Shown here: piece after piece, positions 28,431 to 37,268 of the stretch | How the letters are laid out: every line of letters starts with the position of its first letter | Position numbering within the stretch: the stretch's first letter is position 1 | From: a virus | Taxonomy: Duplodnaviria > Caudoviricetes | Length of the DNA: 56,998 nt | IMG/VR virus record: IMGVR_UViG_3300021959_000045 | Location: 1 to 56,998 of that record | Strand: one strand, 5' to 3' | Program-made: the position numbers and the translations under genes | Notes under the pieces: model-generated | Databases searched by the model: none | Told to the model about the DNA's origin: nothing | Seen by the model: only the letters and a program-made list of their open reading frames with translations

Positions 28431-29138
28431 ATGGCGTTACCTAAACTCAATGACTCACCCAAATATTCATTAGTTATACCATCAACCCAACAAACGGTTC
28501 ACTTCCGTCCTTATCTTGTAAAAGAAGAAAAAGTATTATTGATGGCTTTTGAATCGGGCGATGAACAATCAACTTTACGTGCCGTATTGGATACGATTGA
28601 ATCTTGTATACAAGACAAGTTCAATAAAAATAAATTGACAACTTTTGATGTCGAGTATATGTTTACTCAAATACGAGCTAAGTCAGTTGGCGAGAAAACT
28701 AAGATCGGTGTTAAATGTGAACATTGTGGAATACAAAATGAAATTGAAATAAATTTAGAAGAGGTTCAGGTCAGTCACCCAGAAAAGAAGTCTAATATCA
28801 TTAAACTTACTGATGATATTTCTTTGGAAATGCGATACCCATCTTATAGACATCTTGCTGAAGGAAATGTGGAATTAAACAATTCGCCCAAAAACGCATT
28901 CACATTAATTACTAAATGTATTGATGCGATTCGCACAGAAGACGAACGAATTAGTTTAGATGATGAACCCCAAGAATCTGTTGATGAATTTTTAGAATCA
29001 ATGACAGGGGGCCAGTTCGCAATGTTGGCAGAGTTTCTACAGGACATGCCAAAAACAACTTATCATTTACAATTCACATGTACAGACTGTAAAGAGGAAA
29101 ACGATAGAACAATTGAGGGTATGCAGAATTTTTTTTGA
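28431..29138 (+). CDS. gp26: Baseplate hub assembly protein gp26
   Basis: MALPKL..PKY.L.IPST...FRPYLVKEEKVLLMA, FDVEYMFTQIRAKSVGE, two CxxC motifs, ends EGMQNFF. Confidence 0.9.
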   Translation: MALPKLNDSPKYSLVIPSTQQTVHFRPYLVKEEKVLLMAFESGDEQSTLRAVLDTIESCIQDKFNKNKLTTFDVEYMFTQIRAKSVGEKTKIGVKCEHCGIQNEIEINLEEVQVSHPEKKSNIIKLTDDISLEMRYPSYRHLAEGNVELNNSPKNAFTLITKCIDAIRTEDERISLDDEPQESVDEFLESMTGGQFAMLAEFLQDMPKTTYHLQFTCTDCKEENDRTIEGMQNFF

Positions 29139-29326
29139 TGTGCCTCTCTCATGATAACTTAGTTAATCATTATCAATTGAATTTTCAATTGATGCAACAC
29201 CATAAATACTCTTTGACAGAGTTGAATGAGATGTTGCCTTGGGAGAGGGAAATTTACGTCATGATGTTGATACAACACGTTAAGGAAGAAAACGAAAGGA
29301 TTAAACGAGCAAATGGCGGAAGATAA
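29135..29326 (+). CDS. gp51: Baseplate hub assembly catalyst gp51 (possibly made as a -1 frameshift fusion to gp26)
   Basis: LSHDNL.NHY..NF.LMQHHKYSLTELNEMLPWEREIYV. Confidence 0.88.
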   Translation: MMCLSHDNLVNHYQLNFQLMQHHKYSLTELNEMLPWEREIYVMMLIQHVKEENERIKRANGGR

Positions 29327-31517
29327 TAACATAACACGAATAGACGGAGAGTTGTTGCCGGCTACTTCTAATCTGATGGAAGTGACCAAAGCGTTACAGA
29401 TAGCAAACTCCAGTTTCGAAAAAAGTGTTGTCAGTGTAGAAAAAGTTCTCCCCACGGAAGACCTTGTCGTCCAAATGGACGATCCTTTCCGTAACATTCT
29501 TGAGTCAATGGACCAAACTCTTAAACAAATTTCTAATCATATTAGAATGTTTATGGACGGTCTTCTGAATACATTTTTTGATATAAATGAAAACCAAGTT
29601 CGGACTATAATTATCCAAGAAAAACAACTAGAACTTGATGACGAAAAGTTTACATATCAGAAAGATAAAGACCAAGATGAAAGACAAACCGAAAGTAAAG
29701 GAACCGAAAGTGAAGGATTCGGATCAGAACCCAAAGAACGTGAGGGGTTTTTGGGTGAAGTAGATAAGGCTCAAAAGGATTTTGAAGAGAAAGGTTTTTT
29801 AAATTATGTTTCTGAATTAACGGGGATTGATGGCACTATTAAGATGATTACAGATAAAATAGCAAGGTTCGCACCGTTAGTTATGCCACTTTTGACTGGT
29901 CTTGGTGCCGCCTTCAGTTCACTTTTCGCTGGCATTGTTGCTACTATGTCTGCCATTGGTGCGGCCCTTGGTACACTTGTCACTGGCATTGTTGCTGCTT
30001 TGAGCCCAATTATTGCGGCCGTGGGTGCAGTTCTTTTGCCGGTTGCTTTAATTGTTGCCGCGGCAGTGGCAACAATCGCGTTAATCAAAGGGTTTGTTGA
30101 TGGATTTACTGCTAACGCAGACGATGGGTTTGCCACAAAAATTCTAAGAGGATATACTCGGGCCATTGAGACACTGCTTGATCTGTTTATCATGTGGCCG
30201 CTGGATCAATTAAAGAACCTTGTTTCTTGGATCGCCGGAGCACTTGGGTTTGCTGATGTCGAGAAGGCACTGGACAGCTTTAGTTATCAAGAATCGTTTG
30301 CCGAAATAATGGATAGTTTCGAAGAATGGATAACTTCTATACCCACTGCTATTTCTGAATTTTTCTCCGACATGATCGACTCCCTCGACATTGGATCGAT
30401 CATAGATACTATTGGGGAAAAACTATCTAATTTCATAGAAACTATTGGGGAAAAACTATCTAATTTCTTCGAACCAGTCTTCGAACCAGTCATATCAATC
30501 ATAAAAACTATTGGGGAAAAACTATCTAATTTCTTCGAACCAGTCATATCAATCATAAAAACTATTGGGGAAAAACTATCTAATTTCTTCGAACCAGTCA
30601 TATCAATGTTCTCCTTTATTGGTGATATCCTAGATGATGCCGGTAATGCGATCGCAGAGTTTTTTTCGGGCGATTTCTTTGACCTATCAAAAATCAAGAG
30701 CATGTTGACTAACCTGTTCGCTGAGATTGGTGTACCCCGTATAGAGTTTGATGTTCCTGTTATTGGTAAGGTGGGGTTTGGTCCTTTCTATCCGTTTATG
30801 CCTGATCAAGTTACTGATCCTGACAGTGGGAAAACACTTAACACTACCGTTGTGAGTGCAACAGAATCAGCAGATACCGAGTACACAACTACTATGGATT
30901 CTGCTGGAAATGTTGTGGAATCGGGCAACGAGAGAATCACAACGGCGATCACTTCATTAGATTCTGGATCTGTTGGAAACCCATACTCAGAAGGTATGAG
31001 TTCGAGTTTCCAACAGCAAGAATTGGTTACAGAGAATGGTGGTGACGCGAAGTTCAAAAACTCGTTAGGTGCTTTTGATTTTGAAAAAGGCGAGGGAACT
31101 ATTAGTATATCTCAGACCGACCCTTCTAACGAACTTAATGAAATTATGCAAGAGTATAAGGTAAGCGGTATTACTTTTGGTCAAGTGAGACGATTGATTG
31201 ATGACGGTGCCTCACCAGATGAAGTTGAAATGTTTTTAAAAAATAAACAGAAATCCATCTTCGATAAGCTTAGTGATTTTTTATCAGCACCAGCAGAGAC
31301 TACACCCATTGATGTTGCGGCCGTTGAAACTAACCGAATGGATACCGCAAACGAACTTGCTGTTCAAACCGCAGAAAGAGAAGAAACCAAAGCGACACAA
31401 TCACAACAACCTATTAATGTTGTCAATGCGCCCACATCTAATGTGAGTAATGTCAGTCAAAGCACTGCATTCTTTGATACCCCATCGGCTGTCGATGGTC
31501 TTTCAATGAGTTACTAA
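29313..31517 (+). CDS. Putative tape measure / hub protein (gp29-like)
   Basis: Follows gp26-gp51; helical, with an Ala/Gly-rich hydrophobic segment, internal amphipathic repeats and C-terminal NVVNAPT.N motif. Confidence 0.65.
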   Translation: MAEDNNITRIDGELLPATSNLMEVTKALQIANSSFEKSVVSVEKVLPTEDLVVQMDDPFRNILESMDQTLKQISNHIRMFMDGLLNTFFDINENQVRTIIIQEKQLELDDEKFTYQKDKDQDERQTESKGTESEGFGSEPKEREGFLGEVDKAQKDFEEKGFLNYVSELTGIDGTIKMITDKIARFAPLVMPLLTGLGAAFSSLFAGIVATMSAIGAALGTLVTGIVAALSPIIAAVGAVLLPVALIVAAAVATIALIKGFVDGFTANADDGFATKILRGYTRAIETLLDLFIMWPLDQLKNLVSWIAGALGFADVEKALDSFSYQESFAEIMDSFEEWITSIPTAISEFFSDMIDSLDIGSIIDTIGEKLSNFIETIGEKLSNFFEPVFEPVISIIKTIGEKLSNFFEPVISIIKTIGEKLSNFFEPVISMFSFIGDILDDAGNAIAEFFSGDFFDLSKIKSMLTNLFAEIGVPRIEFDVPVIGKVGFGPFYPFMPDQVTDPDSGKTLNTTVVSATESADTEYTTTMDSAGNVVESGNERITTAITSLDSGSVGNPYSEGMSSSFQQQELVTENGGDAKFKNSLGAFDFEKGEGTISISQTDPSNELNEIMQEYKVSGITFGQVRRLIDDGASPDEVEMFLKNKQKSIFDKLSDFLSAPAETTPIDVAAVETNRMDTANELAVQTAEREETKATQSQQPINVVNAPTSNVSNVSQSTAFFDTPSAVDGLSMSY
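30408..30607. repeat. In-frame tandem repeats in the tape-measure-like gene
   Basis: actattggggaaaaactatctaatttc at 30408, 30441, 30507 and 30561; exact 54-bp unit at 30480-30533 and 30534-30587. Confidence 0.95.
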
Positions 31518-31524
31518 CACAAAT

Positions 31525-31548
31525 AAAAAGGGGACTGTAAAGTCCCCT
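31525..31548 (-). terminator. Intrinsic terminator between convergent transcription units
   Basis: Perfect 8-bp stem aggggact-gtaa-agtcccct followed by a T run on the minus strand. Confidence 0.85.
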
Positions 31549-31556
31549 AGTAATTG

Positions 31557-31658
31557 TTTTGGTGATTTTAAGTGTTTATCTCAACACGACACAACACTCC
31601 CGTCTTATTTGTGACTTTGGTAAAGTCGCCGCAGGATACCCAAGGTAATCAACCAACG
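31557..31658 (-). ncRNA. Candidate structured RNA between the gp32 stop and the terminator
   Basis: About 100 nt non-coding with four nested stems found by eye; no family recognised. Confidence 0.45.
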
Positions 31659-31668
31659 TGTGTATTTT

Positions 31669-32565
31669 TTATTCCTCTGCAGCCAACTTGGCGAAGTATG
31701 ACATGGTGTCATCATCATCATCATCGTCATCATCTGTAGATGATTTGATTTCTGGAGCGGGTGCAACCTTCATTGCAGGCGCCGGTTCTGCTTTAAACTC
31801 TGGAAAATCAGACTGAACCGCCTGACCAAGTACCAGATGTAACCTTGCTTCTAGTTCAGCATAAGTCTTGTAGTTTTCAGGATCAGAGAACTCGTTCAGG
31901 TCATATAACTTATTGTAAATAGATTCGAGTTCTTCTTCACTTTCAGAGAGAGGTGAAGGTGAAGCAAACTCTGACTTATCATAATTACGATATCCTTCCA
32001 CATTACGAATCTTCAACTTGAACGAAGCGCCTTCCCAAAAATCATAAGGGTTCATTGGTTGTTCATCTTGAAATTGGGGTTGCATTACATCCATAATCTT
32101 GTCAAAGATTTTTTTACCGAAAACAAAGAGCATTACCTTGCCTTCGTTTGCTGGGTTTGCTGGGTCAGACTCGACAAGAACATTGGAGACGTAATGTAAA
32201 CGGCGCTTACGCTCACGAGCAACATCTTTGTCGCGGTCGTTACCAGAGTTCCACAATTTGCTGTTAGATTCTGATACAGGATCTTGTTGACCAATCGAAG
32301 TCAAAGACTTCTCGATATACCACTGACCAGTAGGTCCCTTAAAGCCATGATCCCAGTATCTTACCCATGGCAGTTCGTTACCTTCGGGTGCGGGTAAAAA
32401 ACGAAGAACAGCATAACCGTTTCCTGCTTTATCAACGGAAGGTTTCCATTGACGTTCATCAACGTAAGACTTGGTTGTCTTTTGTTGTGAACCGGCATCA
32501 CCGGCAGCTTCGACTAGTTTAGAGATAGAGTTAGCACGATTGCGCTTAAGATTTTCAAACGACAT
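31669..32565 (-). CDS. gp32: Single-stranded DNA-binding protein gp32
   Basis: DERQWKP.VDKAGNGYAVLRFLP, HGFKGPTGQWYIE.SLTSIG, acidic tail ending YFAKLAAEE. Start moved to ATG 32565 (AAGGA RBS). Confidence 0.95.
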   Translation of the reverse strand: MSFENLKRNRANSISKLVEAAGDAGSQQKTTKSYVDERQWKPSVDKAGNGYAVLRFLPAPEGNELPWVRYWDHGFKGPTGQWYIEKSLTSIGQQDPVSESNSKLWNSGNDRDKDVARERKRRLHYVSNVLVESDPANPANEGKVMLFVFGKKIFDKIMDVMQPQFQDEQPMNPYDFWEGASFKLKIRNVEGYRNYDKSEFASPSPLSESEEELESIYNKLYDLNEFSDPENYKTYAELEARLHLVLGQAVQSDFPEFKAEPAPAMKVAPAPEIKSSTDDDDDDDDDTMSYFAKLAAEE

Positions 32566-32635
32566 ATTTATTTCCTTGTATGTACAGTGTATTTTTAGTA
32601 TATTTAAGTTTATCCACAAAATTCATAATATAGAC

Positions 32636-32669
32636 TATTTATATTACCAAAAAAGACATCGAATGTCAA
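32636..32669 (-). promoter_or_regulatory. Overlapping sigma70-type and late promoters for gp32
   Basis: TTGACA (32669-32664), 17 bp, TAATAT (32646-32641), overlapping TATAAATA (32643-32636). Confidence 0.75.
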
Positions 32670-32677
32670 GTGGTAAT

Positions 32678-32914
32678 TTACTCAAGTGGTGAAGCATCAC
32701 CGTCCTTCTCAAGGAAGTTTAGGTTTTGTGCTTCTACCGCAAGTTTGTTCTTGACGATTGGTGTGACATATTTTTTTATATCTTCAATCTCAAGGTTGTT
32801 TTTTTCACAAAGGTGAACGATAGCATCCATATAGGACAAACCATCGTATAATACAGCATCTTCAACCATCTTTGTAAATTTGTTTTTTGTTAACATTAAT
32901 CCTTCAAGATCCAT
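32678..32914 (-). CDS. gp33: Late transcription coactivator gp33
   Basis: F..MVE..V...LSYMDAIVHLCEKNNLEIE...K.KL..EA..LNFL. Start placed at 32914 (GGAG RBS). Confidence 0.85.
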   Translation of the reverse strand: MDLEGLMLTKNKFTKMVEDAVLYDGLSYMDAIVHLCEKNNLEIEDIKKYVTPIVKNKLAVEAQNLNFLEKDGDASPLE

Positions 32915-33398
32915 TTTCTTTTGCTCCATAAAATCCAATATCGTCGTAAAAATGCCCTTGGGTTCTTTTTATCTCGCCATTTTCATAAGCGTTAGCCACA
33001 ACTCTCCAGACTGTTTTGTGTTCTCGATTTTCACCATATCGAAAATCAGACCAGATCCCTGTACTCAAATAGTTTTGCATATTTTTCACATATGTTTCTG
33101 TTATCTGATACTCGTTCCTTTGAGACCTATCCTTTGAATCTTTCCAATATTTCATCCCATTAAGTTTTGTTTTCCAGATTTTTAACCAGTCCTTTACTTT
33201 TTTGGGTGACAAATAGTGATCATCGGGCAAATCACGGAGATTTTCTGGCAACGATAAGTTTTTAGACGGACCTTTGGCCTCTCTTGCCAGTTTAAGTCTT
33301 TCAACGGCTGCAGCCTTTTGTTCTGCTGACATTGGTTTACGTTTACTTCGGATTTTTTTACGTTTCGTTTCGTTATTAGGTTCTTCCCATTTGCTCAT
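32904..33398 (-). CDS. Conserved hypothetical phage protein, basic N-terminus
   Basis: 164-aa ORF; RKPMSAEQKAAAVERL..AR motif. Confidence 0.75.
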   Translation of the reverse strand: MSKWEEPNNETKRKKIRSKRKPMSAEQKAAAVERLKLAREAKGPSKNLSLPENLRDLPDDHYLSPKKVKDWLKIWKTKLNGMKYWKDSKDRSQRNEYQITETYVKNMQNYLSTGIWSDFRYGENREHKTVWRVVANAYENGEIKRTQGHFYDDIGFYGAKENGS

Positions 33399-33595
33399 AG
33401 ATTATCCAACCATTCTTTTTCCCCTACGTGAGTGGGGAGAGTGTCATCATCTAAAAGTTCGTTTACCAATTTTTGTACCCGATAAAGTTTTTGTTTTTGA
33501 TACCAAGTAGAAAAACCATCCATGTTTGGATCTTTAATATACGAGATCCAATTTAATATATTTTCTTCTACTGATTCATAACTTGCACTAATCAT
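33395..33595 (-). CDS. Hypothetical protein
   Basis: 66-aa ORF overlapping both neighbours. Confidence 0.7.
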   Translation of the reverse strand: MISASYESVEENILNWISYIKDPNMDGFSTWYQKQKLYRVQKLVNELLDDDTLPTHVGEKEWLDNL

Positions 33596-34364
33596 TTCTA
33601 TGCTCCTCGTTTATATCCACTATTGCGTCTAGAAGTGGTGATTCAATTGATATGTATCTTAAAGCTGCGATATCTTTAGGCAAACAGTGACCGCCAAACC
33701 CAAACTTACCATCAGGACCGGGCACTTGCGTGTGAGATCTGCCTATGCGAGGATCAATTGTGATCGCATCAACCATCTGATCAAAACCCTCAAACCCAAG
33801 GTCCTTATATATCTGATACATCTCATTGAAGAATGACACTTTTGTTGCGAGAAATGTATTCTCAACATATTTGGCAAACGCTGCTTGTTGCAATGAACAG
33901 TACTTAACCTCTTTTAATTCTGGTAATACAGGTTTAAACAGTTCATCCCAGAATCTAGGATCGTGACCACCATAAATTGCATAGGTTTGTTTCTCAAACT
34001 CTTCTAACGTGTTGCGGTTGATATTTGAACTACCTAGAAACTCGGGCGAAACAGTGAAACTACCTTCTCGGACACCAGCTTCCCAGTCTATCCATACGGG
34101 ATCAACCGCAGACTTGATGAGGTATTTAGTTGTTCCATACTTATCAAACACTTCTTCGACATGATCTGTGTTGCAAGAACCGTCTTCTCTCATAGGAGTC
34201 GCAACACAGACAACCACAGCGTCTGGTGGATCAACATGTTCATCACGGTAATAGTGGAAACCTTTAGCTGAATCATCAACAAAAACATCGACGCCATGAT
34301 GTTTGGTCAGCACATATTCTACCGCTTGACCAACAGGACCATAACCAGCTATTATAACTTTCAC
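33588..34364 (-). CDS. UDP-glucose/GDP-mannose 6-dehydrogenase family, short form
   Basis: GYGPVG Rossmann motif, VCVATP, IKS, SPEFL, KYVENTFLATKVSFFNE, DPRIG, GFGGHCLPKD. Confidence 0.88.
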   Translation of the reverse strand: MKVIIAGYGPVGQAVEYVLTKHHGVDVFVDDSAKGFHYYRDEHVDPPDAVVVCVATPMREDGSCNTDHVEEVFDKYGTTKYLIKSAVDPVWIDWEAGVREGSFTVSPEFLGSSNINRNTLEEFEKQTYAIYGGHDPRFWDELFKPVLPELKEVKYCSLQQAAFAKYVENTFLATKVSFFNEMYQIYKDLGFEGFDQMVDAITIDPRIGRSHTQVPGPDGKFGFGGHCLPKDIAALRYISIESPLLDAIVDINEEHRND

Positions 34365-34645
34365 AGAATAATTCCACTACAAGATTTTCGATACTCTTTC
34401 GCTACAGCAACGGCCGTTGGGACCACTACAATAACACCGAATTTATAAAAATTGACTTTATCAATTTTGGGTTCGCCGGTCATGGCGACAGTAGGCATAA
34501 ATCCGAGGTTGTTTCCGTCAGGAGAAACAATGTGGGGGTCTTTTATAGTGATATGTTCCGGTGTTTCTTTCACAAATTTGCCTACATATTCAGCACCAGT
34601 TACGGCTACTATTGTAACGATATCATTTAATTTCATATTATACAT
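34361..34645 (-). CDS. Small hypothetical protein, possibly Sm-like beta fold
   Basis: DIVTI...TGAEYVGK...ITIKDP; C-terminal SGIIL. Confidence 0.7.
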   Translation of the reverse strand: MYNMKLNDIVTIVAVTGAEYVGKFVKETPEHITIKDPHIVSPDGNNLGFMPTVAMTGEPKIDKVNFYKFGVIVVVPTAVAVAKEYRKSCSGIIL

Positions 34646-34686
34646 TTCCTAAATATAAGTACTATTTTACCATAAATGGAGTTAAC

Positions 34687-34965
34687 ATGTCAACCTCTGA
34701 CATTTTTGATTTTGGTTTTACTGCTGTAACAGAAGAAGAATTGGACGCAGTACAACAGGCAAATCAAACAATACAATCAGTTTCTACTGAAGCGAGTTCA
34801 ACGCAAGAAAGACTTGATAAACTCTTTAATGCTATTCAACCGTTGTTAAGTAACCTAAAGAAGAATCCTGAGAAAGATTACATTTATTGGCCTAAACGTT
34901 TGGAAAAGGTTGAACAGTTTGAAGATTATATTCAAACAATTTATAAGGGAACCCCTAGTATATAA
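34687..34965 (+). CDS. Conserved hypothetical phage protein, lone plus-strand gene
   Basis: GGAG RBS; CTAAATA late-type motif at 34649-34655; FDFGFTAV.E.EL...NPEKDYIYWP motif. Confidence 0.8.
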   Translation: MSTSDIFDFGFTAVTEEELDAVQQANQTIQSVSTEASSTQERLDKLFNAIQPLLSNLKKNPEKDYIYWPKRLEKVEQFEDYIQTIYKGTPSI

Positions 34966-35249
34966 TTTTCTGCGATATCTTCGGCATAATTAAGACTATG
35001 ATTGTTAGCATCTACGGTACGAACATAACGACTTTTTTCATATAGTTCTACCATATATCCTTTCGCTGTCTTTATTATTATAGCCTCTTTTCTACCATCA
35101 GCCGAGAAGTGATTACTGATCTTCACGTTTATGATATCTCTGTCGTTTTCATGCTTCAAGTTTTTTCCTCCGAAAATAATGTCCCAATTATGATCAACCA
35201 ATTCTGATTCTACTTGGGTGGGTCTTCTCTTTGAACCTTTACCAGCCAT
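34941..35249 (-). CDS. Hypothetical protein
   Basis: 102-aa ORF with GGAG RBS. Confidence 0.75.
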   Translation of the reverse strand: MAGKGSKRRPTQVESELVDHNWDIIFGGKNLKHENDRDIINVKISNHFSADGRKEAIIIKTAKGYMVELYEKSRYVRTVDANNHSLNYAEDIAENYILGVPL

Positions 35250-35254
35250 TTGTA

Positions 35255-35872
35255 TTACTCCAATATTAAACTATTGTTATTGTTTAGTGCACCTAGAGTT
35301 TTATTTTTTTCCTTTGACTCAAACTCTGTCCACCAAATCGGTTTATCACGTTTGGTCCACTTTGCAAAAGACCTCTTTGCTTTCCAATAGTAATTTCTGT
35401 ACGAAGCAACAATATTGTTTTCTACAATACATTCAACATAGTTACTCATCGCAGCTGGAGGTTCTGTCATACTCTCCTGTTCAATGTTCATAGGTGGGGT
35501 AGATAAAGCATCAGCCAACTTGGAAATTGATTTGTGTGTCCTACCATATCTATAAGAATACTCTTGGCCTAGACACCTCCACATCTTGTACAACCAGTTA
35601 TAGTTTTCTACTGACTCACGCAACCAAATATTGCAGGGGTGGTTGATGTGACTAGCAAGGTATAACTTATGATTCATATACGAATCTTCGAGGTAGTATC
35701 GTTTGACTTTTCTACCTGTTTGAGTTCTTCCTATCCACAACTCACCGTCCACAACTCTGTGTGCTGTAGATAATAACTGAGCATATTCAGTACACATTTT
35801 GCAAACATGTTTGTCGATGTGTTCTTTAGCACATTGTACTGGATTTTTATCCAACACGAATACATTCATCAT
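35255..35872 (-). CDS. Pyrimidine-dimer DNA glycosylase-like family protein
   Basis: MNVFVLD.NP..CA..H.DKHV.KM..EYAQLLSTAHR, H.NHPC.IW.RES..NY.WL, EY..RYG..H. Confidence 0.65.
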   Translation of the reverse strand: MMNVFVLDKNPVQCAKEHIDKHVCKMCTEYAQLLSTAHRVVDGELWIGRTQTGRKVKRYYLEDSYMNHKLYLASHINHPCNIWLRESVENYNWLYKMWRCLGQEYSYRYGRTHKSISKLADALSTPPMNIEQESMTEPPAAMSNYVECIVENNIVASYRNYYWKAKRSFAKWTKRDKPIWWTEFESKEKNKTLGALNNNNSLILE

Positions 35873-36545
35873 TTAAATCCTCTACCGCTTTAACCACATC
35901 AGGAAAATGTGTTCCTAAAATATCCCAACATCTATCAGCTACGTCTATATGTTCTATCTGGGTGCCGTGACCTCGACGAAGTTCACAATAATGAATCCAA
36001 GAACGAAGAGTACCAGACATATACAAAGTAGTTTTTGTAAGTCCTTCCGGAAGAAGAGCACGTGCCTGTTCTTTAGCAATACCCGTGTTCAACGCCATCT
36101 CGTAGTAATCTTTGGCTACCTTTGCAACCTCCGCCTGCATCTCATTAAAGACCTCCTGCGCCTTTTTCTGTCTAGGTAGGTCTTCATCTACCATAGACAA
36201 TTGTCGGTTTGTGGGGTGTTGTTTACGCGCCTGGCGAGTGGTATAGAACCCTTCACTGACAGCATAACGCTGAGAAAATTCTTGAAACGAGAAAGAACGG
36301 TGACGCAAAATTTGGCGAGAAATATCACGAGTCGTTTTGATTTCCATCGTGACACTCACCATCTCAAAAGGAGACCAGTGACCTTCTTTAATGAGATACC
36401 GCAGCAACTTGGGTGCAGTCTTCTCATTGTTCTGATTATTGGGATTGCTTACCCTTGCGGCATACGCAATTAATTCATTTGCAGTGTTACACCCAGTTGT
36501 GGCACTTGGCATCGTCATACCAACTAAACTCACTTCACTTGTCAT
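35847..36545 (-). CDS. thyX: FAD-dependent thymidylate synthase
   Basis: GHWSPFE and ThyX motif RHRSFSFQEFSQRY, EQARALLP. Start moved to ATG 36545. Confidence 0.95.
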   Translation of the reverse strand: MTSEVSLVGMTMPSATTGCNTANELIAYAARVSNPNNQNNEKTAPKLLRYLIKEGHWSPFEMVSVTMEIKTTRDISRQILRHRSFSFQEFSQRYAVSEGFYTTRQARKQHPTNRQLSMVDEDLPRQKKAQEVFNEMQAEVAKVAKDYYEMALNTGIAKEQARALLPEGLTKTTLYMSGTLRSWIHYCELRRGHGTQIEHIDVADRCWDILGTHFPDVVKAVEDLNDECIRVG

Positions 36546-36732
36546 ATTTTCCTTCCTCATAGGTTCCGGGCACACTATTGTATGCAATCACTTGTTTAAA
36601 TGCTTCAACCAAAGTAGTATCACGAATACTATCTTTGTCCATAGTACTTTCAAAATCCACAAGTTGTTCAATTAATTCGTCACGAAAAAATTGTTCAAAT
36701 GCATGTTCATCAAAATCGCTTCTTTGTATCAT
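36535..36732 (-). CDS. Hypothetical protein
   Basis: 65-aa acidic ORF with AGGA RBS. Confidence 0.7.
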   Translation of the reverse strand: MIQRSDFDEHAFEQFFRDELIEQLVDFESTMDKDSIRDTTLVEAFKQVIAYNSVPGTYEEGKYDK

Positions 36733-36743
36733 TATATTTTTTC

Positions 36744-37142
36744 CTAAAAAATGATCGTTACTAAATTCATCAATACAGCAGTACCAGACACGGCACTACC
36801 AATCATAATTGCTTTATCATTCCAAACACCTCCGACAAAGATCCAGCTACACGCTGCTATCAAATATGCTAATTGCCCAGCTGTTCCAAATCCTGCACTC
36901 ATTAGAAACACTCCGACGACGCCTGTTATAGTTGCAATCCACTTTACATAGCTGTCAATTGTGCCGGTAGGTGTAACCGGAGTCATGTCATCAACTTGAG
37001 ACTGTAGATCTTCCATCTCTTCTTTGAGACGTTTTTTCTCAGCGTTGAGTTCCATTGCCAAACGACCCGCTTTGGACATAGTACTTTCTTTATACTGTTC
37101 TTTTGCTTCGTCTCTAATTTCTAATGTTTTTTCTTTAACCAT
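36744..37142 (-). CDS. Hypothetical membrane protein with N-terminal coiled coil
   Basis: Three hydrophobic C-terminal segments. Confidence 0.75.
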   Translation of the reverse strand: MVKEKTLEIRDEAKEQYKESTMSKAGRLAMELNAEKKRLKEEMEDLQSQVDDMTPVTPTGTIDSYVKWIATITGVVGVFLMSAGFGTAGQLAYLIAACSWIFVGGVWNDKAIMIGSAVSGTAVLMNLVTIIF

Positions 37143-37268
37143 AATAATTCCAAAACAATACAGCTGCCCTCCTCAGTATCCACTACCACCCCGCACTGTA
37201 TCCGACGATTCATTAGTAATGCAGAAACATATAATCGTCTTAGCCACTAAAATATATAGGAAGTACCG

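Noticed and set aside
29804-31057. Antisense ORFs of 129, 138 and 83 aa, and 55417-55857 opposite nrdJ
   Set aside because: Antisense shadows of well-supported genes, with no RBS or recognisable motifs.
31708-31735. (tca)n microsatellite
   Set aside because: Encodes the normal acidic tail of gp32.
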